64,000 bases of DNA from contig VRVR01000035.1 of assembly GCA_009859145.1 (NCBI GenBank), positions 99,978-163,977 of the forward strand, given 5' to 3'. Position numbers and translations under genes: made by a program. This DNA comes from Andalucia godoyi And28 (lineage: Eukaryota; Protista; Jakobida). The notes under the pieces are model-generated. The model searched no databases. It was not told where the DNA came from and worked only from the letters and a program-made list of their open reading frames with translations. Shown one piece after another: positions 16,307-26,369 of this stretch. Numbering within the stretch: position 1 is the first letter of the stretch; every line of letters starts with the position of its first letter.

Positions 16307-16784
16307 TCGATTCGTAATACAGCACTCTCTCGAAATATGCCAATCAATAACTTTCAAGAATGAAAGAGAAATCAAAATGAAGGAGAGAATAAGAACCAAT
16401 ATTTCTTTCAATGCTTTGTCTATTGGATTGCTGGTTTTCTGAGTTCAGAATTTGTGGAATAATAGGCAAAAATGGGGGAAAACTCCCGCCATTTGCTCAA
16501 TTGTGTCCAACTCTCGATGAGAGGAATGGCGGCATTCCCGCATTTTTATGTTGTTGTTTTGTTTTCTCTTGTCTTTTTGTTTCTTCGTTGGCTCTTGCAT
16601 TCTGTTTGCGCTTCATTAGTGATAGTCTGCATATTCTTTAGACTGCGATTGTTTCTGCCTCCGAATGTGCAAAGACATAACCAATCCACAGACAACGCAT
16701 TGTACGAAAAGCACCTGAACCCTGTCTTTGTGTGTGTTTGTGTGTCTGTGTGTGAGGGAGGGAGACAGAGAAACAGAGAAACAA

Positions 16785-18350
16785 ATGTCTGGAATTCCAG
16801 AGACTCTTCTGAAAAAGGAGTTCATCCGCCAAGCACAGATTAAAGGATTTAGCGTGCGACCCGAGGCGCTGACTTTTGTTCTGTCACACATGACAGATCG
16901 AGACCGTGCGTCTATTAATTCCGCTCGTTCTGTATTCCTTTCACTGCTTGATTTTTACGCACAGCGCTCTCGAGCCAATGCTGTCGAGCTTTCCGAGCTG
17001 GAACGGATATTTGCAGACACATTGAACACAGACGGCAGAGGAACGGCGCCCATTCAAGTTGTTTCGGCATTTCAGGTTCCCAAACTTGTGTACAATCCCG
17101 GCAGAAGTCTATTTTTCCCTGTTGCGACCGACGTTTCTAAGCCGCGCATTTTTGCATCTGCAGAATCCAAAGTTGCGCTTTGGAAGGACCGATACAATAT
17201 GATCCGACAGCGAGTCCTGCGATCGGTGTCTTTCGTGAAGGATTCGTTTCAAAAGGCTGCGCGCGAACTGACACCCATTCAAGCATTATTGGGGGACCTT
17301 GATCGAGCGAGAAGCAAGGTCGTCCTTGGAATGCTTGTCCATCTAGAAGGAGGGCCCTCAGAATGGTACTTGGAAGATGCGGGCTCCCATGTTCCTTTGG
17401 ACCTCACACGTGCGAATATGCAGATATCACGAGGTTTCTTTACAGAATCGTCGTTTGTCCTTTGCGAAGGAAAGTATGACGAAGGCATTTTTCGTGTTGA
17501 ATCAATGCTTCAGCCACCTGCAGAAGACAGAGAAACATCGTTGCGATGGATATCTGGAGATCATCTCGGTTTGTCTCTGGACAATTCATTATCGGATCTG
17601 GAAGATCCTAGGATGATTATTATGTCGGATGTTCACCTCGATGATCCACGCGTGGTGGAATTATTAGACTCTATGCTTTCAAAGTTGGAGGACTCAGGAC
17701 CCCCGACGGTCATTGTGTTGATGGGTGATTTTCTTTCTCATGCCTACGGATCGCGTCCTTCTGATCACGAGGAGCTGACTCAGTGCCTTGATTCATTCGG
17801 AAGTATGATCCTGAAGTATAAGAGTATTGCAAAAGAAACGTCTTTCGTGTTCGTTCCTGGTCCTGGAGATCCTTCTCTTGGTGGTTCCGCGCTGCCCCGG
17901 CCCCAGTTTCCTGCTTCCATCTCTCGTCTCTTCAAGGAAAGAATCGCTAATTCATACTTTTCCTCCAATCCATGCCGAATTCGAATAAGCGGGAAAGAGG
18001 TTTTTATTTGCCGGGAAAACATCCTGTCTAAAATGCGTCGCCATTGTGTTGTACAGCCTGATCTTTCGGAAGCTTCCGATCTCAGCGAGCATTTGGTCTC
18101 CACGATTCTTTCTCAAGGACACTTTTCCCCCGTTTCTCTCACATCACAACCCGTTTATTGGGAACTGGACCATGCTTTGCATTTGTTCCCGCTTCCTGAT
18201 GTACTTGTGCTTGGAGACACGTGTTCTGCTTTTCTGTGGCAGCATTATGGGTGTCATTGCATCCATCCCGGAGTTTTTTCGATTGAACACAAGTTCGGTA
18301 TCTATTCCCCCTCGGATGGATCTATTGATTTATACCAAGCACACTCATAA
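16785..18350 (+). CDS. POLE2: DNA polymerase epsilon subunit 2
   Basis: RYNMIRQRVLR, LEDAGSHVPLDL, GFFTESSFVLCEG, MSDVHLD, FVPGPGDP, NPCRI, HLFPLPD. Confidence 0.95.
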   Translation: MSGIPETLLKKEFIRQAQIKGFSVRPEALTFVLSHMTDRDRASINSARSVFLSLLDFYAQRSRANAVELSELERIFADTLNTDGRGTAPIQVVSAFQVPKLVYNPGRSLFFPVATDVSKPRIFASAESKVALWKDRYNMIRQRVLRSVSFVKDSFQKAARELTPIQALLGDLDRARSKVVLGMLVHLEGGPSEWYLEDAGSHVPLDLTRANMQISRGFFTESSFVLCEGKYDEGIFRVESMLQPPAEDRETSLRWISGDHLGLSLDNSLSDLEDPRMIIMSDVHLDDPRVVELLDSMLSKLEDSGPPTVIVLMGDFLSHAYGSRPSDHEELTQCLDSFGSMILKYKSIAKETSFVFVPGPGDPSLGGSALPRPQFPASISRLFKERIANSYFSSNPCRIRISGKEVFICRENILSKMRRHCVVQPDLSEASDLSEHLVSTILSQGHFSPVSLTSQPVYWELDHALHLFPLPDVLVLGDTCSAFLWQHYGCHCIHPGVFSIEHKFGIYSPSDGSIDLYQAHS

Positions 18351-18508
18351 AATTAGGTTATTCCAATTTCAGTACATGTTCTCAAGCGCCTTCTTGTGCA
18401 TTCTTTCTGTATTCTCCTATTCTTTTGTTTTTTGTTTTTTTGTTTTATTGTTTTTTACCGTTCTTTTATGATGGGCTAACACCCTTACACCTCACTGTCA
18501 TGACACAA

Positions 18509-19546
18509 CTAATCTCTCGGATCCGATACTCCGTCCTCGTAAATGGCAAACGTTGCTTCCGCCTCGGGCAAACACGGTGAATCGTACACTTTGCACACTC
18601 GCTGCTCTCCGCGCCCCTTTCTCAACGACAGTCGGGTTGTAGAAGCATGAGCCATGATATTACCGCCGATAGGTTTCTTGGGATCAGGATTGAACATTGC
18701 AGCTGCGCCGTCCACCTGCGCCACGACCTGATTCGTGATAACAACAGCAATGCCAAATTCGTCCGCAAGCCTCTGCAGTGTTCGTAGGAATCGAGCCAGA
18801 TGCATCTGCCTTGCTGAAAGTTCTCCACGACCAGAGAAATCAGTACGATACAAACCAGTCGCCGAGTCAACAATCAACAGTGCGTAGCGCGACTCTGACA
18901 TCAAAGCCGCTGCCTGAGAAAGGAGCTGCAGTTGGTGATCTGAATTGTACGCCCTTGCATAAGACACGTTCTCAAGAATGTCTTCGGGATCCAAACCAAA
19001 ACGCTGAGCAATGGAATTCAGTCTCTCTGGGCGAAACGTTCCCTCCGTATCAATGTACATTGCTTTGCCTTCTCCACCACCCTCGCTGAGCGGGAGTTGG
19101 CAAGTTACGCACAAGGTGTGGCAAATCTGGGACTTTCCTGTTCGGAACTCGCCAAAAATTTCCGTGACAGATCCTGTTTCAATTCCGCCATGCAGCAGCG
19201 TGTCGAGCTCCTTGGATCCTGAAGAGATCTGGATCACGTTCTCGCGAACTTTCGAGAAGTCCTTTGCGGATGTGAACCCCATTTGTACAAACTTCGCCGC
19301 AGCGTCGACGATCTTGTCGCACTTTGCTTCCGAAATTCCGCGAACGTTCAGCAGATTCCTTTTTTGGACATAGGCAACAGCTTCCACTGTGAAATATCCG
19401 GCTTCCTTCAGCTTTTTCACGTCTGCAGCTGCTATGCCTTGTTCTTCCAGCTTTTCGATGGGAGTCGGCCCAGTGGCCTCTTCAACTTCTACGGTGGTCT
19501 CCTCAACCACAGTCTCGGTGGGCTTTGCTCTCTGTCGCGACGCCAT
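18509..19546 (-). CDS. RAD51: DNA repair recombinase RAD51
   Basis: GEFRTGKSQ Walker [55 protein letters not shown]. Start taken at MASRQR. Confidence 0.98.
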   Translation of the reverse strand: MASRQRAKPTETVVEETTVEVEEATGPTPIEKLEEQGIAAADVKKLKEAGYFTVEAVAYVQKRNLLNVRGISEAKCDKIVDAAAKFVQMGFTSAKDFSKVRENVIQISSGSKELDTLLHGGIETGSVTEIFGEFRTGKSQICHTLCVTCQLPLSEGGGEGKAMYIDTEGTFRPERLNSIAQRFGLDPEDILENVSYARAYNSDHQLQLLSQAAALMSESRYALLIVDSATGLYRTDFSGRGELSARQMHLARFLRTLQRLADEFGIAVVITNQVVAQVDGAAAMFNPDPKKPIGGNIMAHASTTRLSLRKGRGEQRVCKVYDSPCLPEAEATFAIYEDGVSDPRD

Positions 19547-19810
19547 TTTTGAAAGGAGTAGAGGTGAATGGGAAAGGTGAAATGCAAAAATGTTGAGAAG
19601 AAGAAGAAGAAAATCAAAAGGCATGAGGAAAGAACGAAACAACGAAAGAAGGATCGAATGAACACATAAAATGAGAAGAGAAATTCATTTGAGCCCGTCC
19701 AGGGTGAAATTCAGAGCCAAAAGCGTGAGTGATTGAGTCGCGCTTTTGCTATCCGCCAAATCGATAGAGCGCGGGAAAAACGACCATCTTTTACAGCAGA
19801 TTTTCCTCCA

Positions 19811-19920
19811 GACAGCGCCTACATTATCCACTGAACGTGCATATCTACGAATAGACATCCATATTCAGTCTTGCAATCCCGTTGCCGGGGAGCGGATAGG
19901 CCCCCAACACGCCTCACGGC
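19811..19920 (-). ncRNA. Candidate omegaRNA scaffold (to 19831) plus about 20-nt flanking guide
   Basis: Lies immediately 3' of the RuvC-III codons. Hairpin GTTGGGGG-CCTATCCGCT-CCCCGGCAAC (19908-19881); further short stems (TGCA/TGCA, AGAC/GTCT or GAATA/TATTC) before TTCAG. The structure is read by eye and expression is unknown. Confidence 0.4.
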
Positions 19921-20230
19921 ACTCTTCAGATAGATGTTCCGCGTTCCGTTCCAATCTCGATCAATCGGTGAGCTGCACGCGGGACATGCAAAACACTTTT
20001 TTGCTTCCGCCTAAGACGTGCATGGATCTCACCGCAGCGCCCGCACGTTTTGGACGTGCACTCCTCCGTCACGATGGCAACATGGCGCTCGCGATACTCG
20101 GTCGCCTTATGGAACAAGCGTTGCAAAAAGTGAAGCCAAAAAGCGAAACCAGCGAATGATAGACGGCTACGGATGTTGCGTTAAAGAGTGTCGAAAATGC
20201 GGAGCCTGTGTCACCGGCTGAATTTTGGCC
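19831..20230 (-). mobile_element. Truncated Fanzor2/IS607-type TnpB element relic (non-autonomous)
   Basis: Repairing two frameshifts gives RNIRS...FLQRLFHKATEYRERHVAIVTEECTSKTCGRCGEIHARL/GGSKKVF/ACPACSSPIDRDWNGTRNIYL, i.e. ExxTS + CxxC...CxxC zinc finger + RuvC-III DRDxN. Hairpins and a ...GCACGTTCAG end follow. The left boundary is uncertain. Confidence 0.8.
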
Positions 20231-20392
20231 GAGCGTGCGTAAGCACGAATTCCCTGTGAAGCAAACGTGCTAGTGTCGGCTAGTATTGACCGTGTCTGTT
20301 TATGCGTACTTCCGTGTGCATGACAATGTCGTGTAATTATTCAACGGTGAAAAAATGAACTCACAAAAAAGCACAGTGTGATCCCTTTTAAA

Positions 20393-21121
20393 TTATGACT
20401 GCAATGCACTGAGTCTGCTTCTCAATGACGAATCGACCTCGTTTGTCTTTTCCTCGTTCTCTTCGTCTTCTTCGTCCTCATCTTCTTCCTCATCTTCTTC
20501 TTCCTCGTCCTGATCTTCCTCGTCCTTCTCGGCACTCTTGGAGGCGGACTTGGACGCACCGGTGATCTTGGTCTTGGTAACGCGGGTAGGCTGCTTTCCA
20601 TTCAGAATCTCATCCAACACTTCGGCAACCTTGTCCTCCAGCTCCTCGTCCTCATCAATTCCAGAACCCATTGCATCGTCCATTGAGTCCGCGATCATTT
20701 CCTCCATGATTCCCGCCTTTTCAAATTCCTGGGCAACATTCCTCATCACCTGTGATATCTGCGGTACCTTGACGAGGTTGTGCATCACTTGCAGAATCTG
20801 AGATGACTTCTGCACAGTTCCGACAATCTTCGCCTGGCTCAACGTCTGCTGCAAACTCAGATCTGCAGAGCCAATCTGTGCCTTCACAGTATGCATGCGC
20901 GCTTGATTCGACCTGCACTTTGCAACATTCTTTGCATACATGCGCACAGTCATTTGATCTCCAGACTTTCGAGCAGCTTCCTTCGCAGACCGCAGAAGCT
21001 TCGTCTCCTCGCGCTTCATCTCTCGAATCTCACGATCAACTTTGCGCTGCTCCGCTCTTAACACCGTCCGCATCTCTCGAATGCGCTCCTCCGGTGACGG
21101 CTGCTTTGCAAATAATCCCAT
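20393..21121 (-). CDS. VPS24: ESCRT-III subunit VPS24/CHMP3 (VPS2/VPS24 family)
   Basis: MGLFAK...RKVDREIREMKREE...GTVQKSSQILQVMHNLVKVPQI...KAGIMEEM; acidic tail. Confidence 0.8.
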   Translation of the reverse strand: MGLFAKQPSPEERIREMRTVLRAEQRKVDREIREMKREETKLLRSAKEAARKSGDQMTVRMYAKNVAKCRSNQARMHTVKAQIGSADLSLQQTLSQAKIVGTVQKSSQILQVMHNLVKVPQISQVMRNVAQEFEKAGIMEEMIADSMDDAMGSGIDEDEELEDKVAEVLDEILNGKQPTRVTKTKITGASKSASKSAEKDEEDQDEEEEDEEEDEDEEDEENEEKTNEVDSSLRSRLSALQS

Positions 21122-21537
21122 ACTTGATTGTGCTTGCTCTTCTCGTCGTGATTAATTATTATTATTATTTTCTTTTTTGAATATGTACAACAATCGATCT
21201 GAATTCAGAACAAAACAAAACAAAAAAATTTAATTTAATGTAATATGATATTTATAAAAAAGAAATTGAAATTTGCTTCTCGTATTATTTTATTATTGCA
21301 GGATTCGAGATTCGACGTTCGAGAATCGTGGTGAAATGACGGGTTGCGGGTGGTTGACCAGCGCCGACCAATGTCAAACAAAAAAAAATGCCCAGTTTTT
21401 GTTTGCATCAATTGACTCTACTGCACGAAAACGAAACCCGAGTGCGTTCGTTCGTGCGTGCTTTCGGGTGTGTGAGCTTTGAGCACTGGGTCAACAACAG
21501 GAGGTCTAGGTGCTTTCTTGAGAGACTATCATTATTC

Positions 21538-21563
21538 TGTGTGTGTGTGTGTGTGTGTGTGTG
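21538..21563. repeat. (TG)n microsatellite just 5' of the PSD start codon
   Basis: Perfect TG run about 10 nt upstream of ATG 21574. Confidence 0.9.
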
Positions 21564-21573
21564 GTCGATCATC

Positions 21574-22602
21574 ATGGGGGCGCTTCGCAGGGTTTTAAAG
21601 TACACACTTGGAGCAGGTGCAGTTGCTGTTGGAGGAACAGCGGCGTTTTTGCAGTATTCGCACATGCAGATGGGCAAGCCAGGGTCGGAGTTTAAAGCAG
21701 GAGATTGGACCATTTTTGTGCCAACGCGAGGCCTTTCTCGTGCGTGGGGCACATTCACAAACACGGAGCTTCCAGAACTGATTCGTGTGCCTTTCCTAAA
21801 GACGTATGCCTGGATGTTCAACTGTAAGTTGAACGAATCCGAGCGCCCCATTGAATCGTATCCGACGCTTGCAAAATTCTTTACTCGCAACCTTGTGGAT
21901 GGGGCGCGACCGATTGATACGAAAGCTCCGTTGGTGTCGCCTGCAGACTCGAAGATAATGGCTCTCGGCCAGTGTGATACGACAGAAGAAGAGTCTAATT
22001 TGCTTGTTGAGCAAGTCAAGGGAGTTACGTACTCGGTCAAGTCTGTTCTGGCAAGGAAGACACCGGTGCCGATTTCGCCGCAGAAGCGATTGTACTATGC
22101 AGTGTTTTATCTTGCACCTGGGGACTATCACGGCTTCCATTCCCCGTCCGACGTCACATTCTCGGAGCGGATACATGTGTTTGGACAACTGTTGCCGGTG
22201 TGGACTGCGTTTGTACGCAACATTCCGGGACTGTTCGCATTGAATGAGAGAGTTGTTCTGCAAGGACGATGGGATCATGGGTATATGGGGTACATTGCTG
22301 TTGGAGCGACCAACGTTGGGTCCATTCGAATCAACTTTGATCCGGACTTGCGGACAAACGTCTTGTCACACGAGGTACAGCGCCAGATGAAGGATGTTGG
22401 GGTCAAGGGTGCAGATGAGATTGACGTCGTGGATGTGTCTTCTCTTCCAATGGTCAAGTGCAAAAAGGGAGAAAACGTCGGATTTTTTCATCTCGGGTCC
22501 ACAATCGTTCTACTGTTTGAAGCCCCGAAGGACTTCGTGTGGACTGTCAACGCTGGTGACACTGTGAAATACGGTCAAGCAATCATGGCAAAGCGAACTT
22601 GA
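21574..22602 (+). CDS. PSD1: Phosphatidylserine decarboxylase proenzyme (PSD1 type)
   Basis: SPADSK, QVKGVTYS, YLAPGDYHGFHSP, ALNERVVL, VGATNVGSI and the autocatalytic FHLGST motif. Confidence 0.95.
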   Translation: MGALRRVLKYTLGAGAVAVGGTAAFLQYSHMQMGKPGSEFKAGDWTIFVPTRGLSRAWGTFTNTELPELIRVPFLKTYAWMFNCKLNESERPIESYPTLAKFFTRNLVDGARPIDTKAPLVSPADSKIMALGQCDTTEEESNLLVEQVKGVTYSVKSVLARKTPVPISPQKRLYYAVFYLAPGDYHGFHSPSDVTFSERIHVFGQLLPVWTAFVRNIPGLFALNERVVLQGRWDHGYMGYIAVGATNVGSIRINFDPDLRTNVLSHEVQRQMKDVGVKGADEIDVVDVSSLPMVKCKKGENVGFFHLGSTIVLLFEAPKDFVWTVNAGDTVKYGQAIMAKRT

Positions 22603-22706
22603 TTCTCTTTCTCTGTTTTTCTTTTCTTTTCTTCGCCATTCCTGTACTTTGATCATGTTCTCACAGTGATGATTTCTTGGAGGTATGTGTAGATTCTGAA
22701 GCATTT

Positions 22707-23615
22707 TCACTTTTCTGCTTTCATCCAGCTTCTTGTTGCAATTGAAAAATCAGGGAGCACTCCCGCACTTGGTGCTGAGTAAACATGTAGCAACATGCTG
22801 AACAACAGCATATCACGATGACTTTCATGGCCGACACTCACTGTCAACAAAGCGCGAGGAACAACCTGCGACCACACAGAACCATCTGGCAGAACCGAAC
22901 AACTGCAATCTGTAACTGCAATCAGCAATCCTTGGAATTCGGGGTGGACTTCTGGAGAGAAGAAACGCCGAATTGTATCTGCCTTCATGGAAACCATGTT
23001 CGAAAAATCAATGCCAGGAGGAAGCGAGGAACAGCCATGCGTGAACACAACAACTGTCCACGGAACGCTACTGAAAGCTTGACAGATGAATCGATTGAAA
23101 AATGACAAAAACATCCGTACATCCATGAAACCAGCGCTCTGACGAAGTACGGGAGAATGGATGAAAAACACGATTTCAAATGGACACTGTGATTCGAAAG
23201 TCTCCAAGGTGGAGTCTAAAAGCTCGGCAAAATGGACGTGAATGACCGCTGTACTCAGTTCGACAACACTCAGACTGTCGTCGTGGTCATGGACAAATTG
23301 GGAACCATAAAGACCACGGACGAATGAATGCCGTCCCGAGGACTTGGCTCCAATGACCAGAACGTGAAAAATCCTCGCCTGGCGAAGCGAGACCAGATGC
23401 AACACAAGATCTGCGGCAGCATCGTACGGAAATAAACGACTCAGGACCGCACGCTCATCCTCGCAAACGTGGTTCATCACAAGCATCAAGAATAGTTCAT
23501 CTAAACAGATTGTGCAGACCGCTTTGCAAGCGAACGCAACCGACATCAGAGCCTCTTTCAGGGTGAAAAAGGAAAGAATGCGCACCACTTCTGCATATGG
23601 AAGAGACAAGATCAT
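22707..23615 (-). CDS. F-box protein fused to a degenerate Toc34/Toc159-like (AIG1-class) GTPase domain
   Basis: N-terminal LSLPYAEVVRILSFFTLKEALMSVAFACK is F-box-like; VLVIGAKSSGRHSFVRGLYG is a P-loop-like motif; VVVFTHGCSSLPPGIDF and VLPDGSVW resemble Toc34 IVALTHAQFSPPDGLPY and VLPNGIAW. Confidence 0.6.
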   Translation of the reverse strand: MILSLPYAEVVRILSFFTLKEALMSVAFACKAVCTICLDELFLMLVMNHVCEDERAVLSRLFPYDAAADLVLHLVSLRQARIFHVLVIGAKSSGRHSFVRGLYGSQFVHDHDDSLSVVELSTAVIHVHFAELLDSTLETFESQCPFEIVFFIHSPVLRQSAGFMDVRMFLSFFNRFICQAFSSVPWTVVVFTHGCSSLPPGIDFSNMVSMKADTIRRFFSPEVHPEFQGLLIAVTDCSCSVLPDGSVWSQVVPRALLTVSVGHESHRDMLLFSMLLHVYSAPSAGVLPDFSIATRSWMKAEK

Positions 23616-23849
23616 CTTACCGAATCACTGTACGAAACGAATAAGTACATTGAATAACCACTGTGTATCCTGCTAATACAATACAGAAATTGTGGACAAC
23701 AGGTGAGAGAGACCTGACACGGACACGCACACTCACTCTGTTCAATTTTGAATACAGCGTCACGTGACTTATTTCCTGTTTCAATTTGTTTACACCTATA
23801 ATACTTTCTGGAATTTCTTTCACTGATCATTGAAAGAGCTCTTCCAGTC

Positions 23850-24960
23850 AATACGGAGGGTCTTCCCGAACGAGTGCGGTTTGGGATTGGAGTTTCGTCA
23901 TTAACAACGTCATCGTCCTCCGTTCTTGAATGACGTCCGCGACAGACCTTCGCGATTCAAGCTCTGGACCAATTTCTTGGGCTCCAAGGTGCACTACCTC
24001 AGGATTGGCCCCGTTGCCTTGAACTGGTCCAGCATTGTGAACTGTTTCATCAGACTGACCAATGCGACCTTCATGATCTATCGTCAAAGAAGCATTCCGG
24101 GATACCATCACCAGGCAACAAACTGCAAAATATCCATATCAATCTGCACATCCGCAGAAGCAAGATTATGAAGATGACGGCAGTTCTCAGTCGTCAATCT
24201 AGACAGGCGATTGCTGCAGTTTGGATGCGGGCTTGTGTGAAACTGCAAGGCATCGAAGATGTAATGTCTCCATACCTTGAAACATATACCTTGAAACGAT
24301 GGACGTCTTGTCCGTTCCGGGCAAAAATCTAGAATCTCATTGACATTTTCAACAAAAGAAACGGACAATCTTCACAACCGTGACAGTTGATTACTTTTTC
24401 GAATTCTTGTTGAACTTCATGACGATCTGGCACTTTCCAAAAACGATAATGAAAATAATAGACATTCCCCAAATGTAACAGTATCTTTTGTTTTCGGTTC
24501 TCGTCACATCGAGCACCCGAACGGAACAGTCAAGGATGTCATTAAAATCATTTCAGATGGCGAATCAGGCTGGCTTCTTAACAGATTGATGCACTCATCG
24601 ATACGCTAGTCATAGTAGAATAGGACAAATCCAAAGCGCGTGGTCCAGAACACAAAGGATTCAGCACAGCCAGTGCACACCTGATAATTTCCCTAGAATT
24701 TCTATCATCTTCTTCCAAAGCCACTGGCCGCGCTTTGCTCGACATCAGTCACTTGAAACCGAAGATGCTGTAGACAATCCGCAAGGGATCCGTCCGCTTG
24801 GCAGTCATACCTAGCACAGACAACGAGAACAGCAGGCCAAGATCGGTGCTAGAAATTCGAGCGATACCGAGGTCGACTTCGTTGCGTCGAAGTTCAAAAC
24901 TACGCCAGGAGGGATTCAGAGCCTTGTCGACGCCGGTGAACACCACATCATGAAGCCAGA
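23850..24960 (-). pseudogene. Fragmented LRR-like pseudogene
   Basis: Successive minus-strand frames interrupted by stops and frameshifts give protein-like pieces: PRALDLSYSTMT, LDCSVRVLDVTRTE, RLSRLTTENCRHLHNL. Confidence 0.4.
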
Positions 24961-24997
24961 AACAGCGATCGGTGTTTGGGCGCAGGCGCGAGATTTG

Positions 24998-25840
24998 CTA
25001 GGGAAGATGCTGGGAAAAAAACTCGTAAAGCGTCAACGTCATCGCGCTCATTGGCACAAGACGGTAAAAGGAAGCAGAAAGTCCTCGATAAAACGTCAAA
25101 GGCCCCTCCTTACGAATAATCTGCTGGACGGCGTCGCGAAACCCACGATATGAATGGTCTGATGTGCTGCGAAAGTCTTGCAAACGCGTCTTCACGACCT
25201 GGAATGGATACGTGATAACCATGGCAAATGTCTTTGAAGCAACTCCCGCCGCAAAGTAAGAAAGATGGCTATCCGCATCGAAAAGTCTCTTGAGCTCGTC
25301 GTATGCCATGAACTGCAGAGAGCCATGAGAGACCAAAAACAGTGCAGGAACAATTCCTCGATACAAACCCGCGACGCCTTCTTCTCTAACAATAGTTTTG
25401 AACGCATGTGTCATTCCCGAATACCGGTGATTTGTTTTGTTCTGCAGCTGCAGTCGGGTCTTGATAAGCCAGATGGGATTTGTCATGAGAGTGGAGCAGA
25501 CTCCGGCTTGGACTCCCGATGAAAAACTGACGATCAAAGGATTCGAAATATGCGCTGCGTTCCAGGATTTGATCCGCGAATAAAGATAGAGATAGATGCC
25601 CCACGAAGCTGAATTACCAATCAATGACGGAACAAGACCGCTAAAAAGTGTGCGAATGCCTTGAGTTTTCGCAATATTACTTGCAGCTCCGAACGTTCCA
25701 AGTGCTCTGATTTCCTGCGAATTTACCGCTTGGAAACGCACCTTGATGAAATCGAGTGGATGCAGTGTCACTGTCGGAATGGCTCCCGCAAGGAAGCCGG
25801 CAAGCACGGAATTCTGTTTCTTAGGTGCATTATCTCCCAT
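24998..25840 (-). CDS. SLC25A32: Mitochondrial carrier, folate/FAD transporter-like
   Basis: Three carrier signatures (HPLDFIKVRFQ, NPIWLIKTRLQ, YPFQVVKTRLQ) and SHGSLQFMAYDELK. Confidence 0.85.
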   Translation of the reverse strand: MGDNAPKKQNSVLAGFLAGAIPTVTLHPLDFIKVRFQAVNSQEIRALGTFGAASNIAKTQGIRTLFSGLVPSLIGNSASWGIYLYLYSRIKSWNAAHISNPLIVSFSSGVQAGVCSTLMTNPIWLIKTRLQLQNKTNHRYSGMTHAFKTIVREEGVAGLYRGIVPALFLVSHGSLQFMAYDELKRLFDADSHLSYFAAGVASKTFAMVITYPFQVVKTRLQDFRSTSDHSYRGFRDAVQQIIRKEGPLTFYRGLSASFYRLVPMSAMTLTLYEFFSQHLP

Positions 25841-26369
25841 TACAGATCACACTTACAAACAACGAAACACGGGGGAGGAAGGGAAACCGCTTTTGGCACA
25901 GAAAAATCCACGTTGTCGTGAAAGGACGGCTGACATCGTTGTGTACCAGCATCGAACTTCAAACAATACAATGCTCCCACCGTAGTCAAGTCTTTTGAAT
26001 TTCTTATTTTTCTTCACCTTTTTATTCTTTCTATTTTTGTTCTGTTTGTTTGGTTTTTATCATCGAACCCTCAAGCGGCATCGCATCAGAGACAAAACAT
26101 CTCATGCTCCAAAGTGGGATCTTCCCAACGAACGCAAACCTGGCCATGCCCGAAGACACTGAGAACCAAGGAAAGCGTTGATTTCCCGGTTCAACTTGGC
26201 TAAAAAGAAAAGAAACTAGATTTTTAGAAAGGAAACTCGACAATCGTCGAACAGAGGTGTGCGCCAGACTTCGAAACCAACACCACTCCGGAAACCTTTT
26301 TGCGAGAGGAAAGAACAATTGTTTGGTGATAAAGGAAATAAGGTGAGGACGGTACCTCCGAACGACGGA

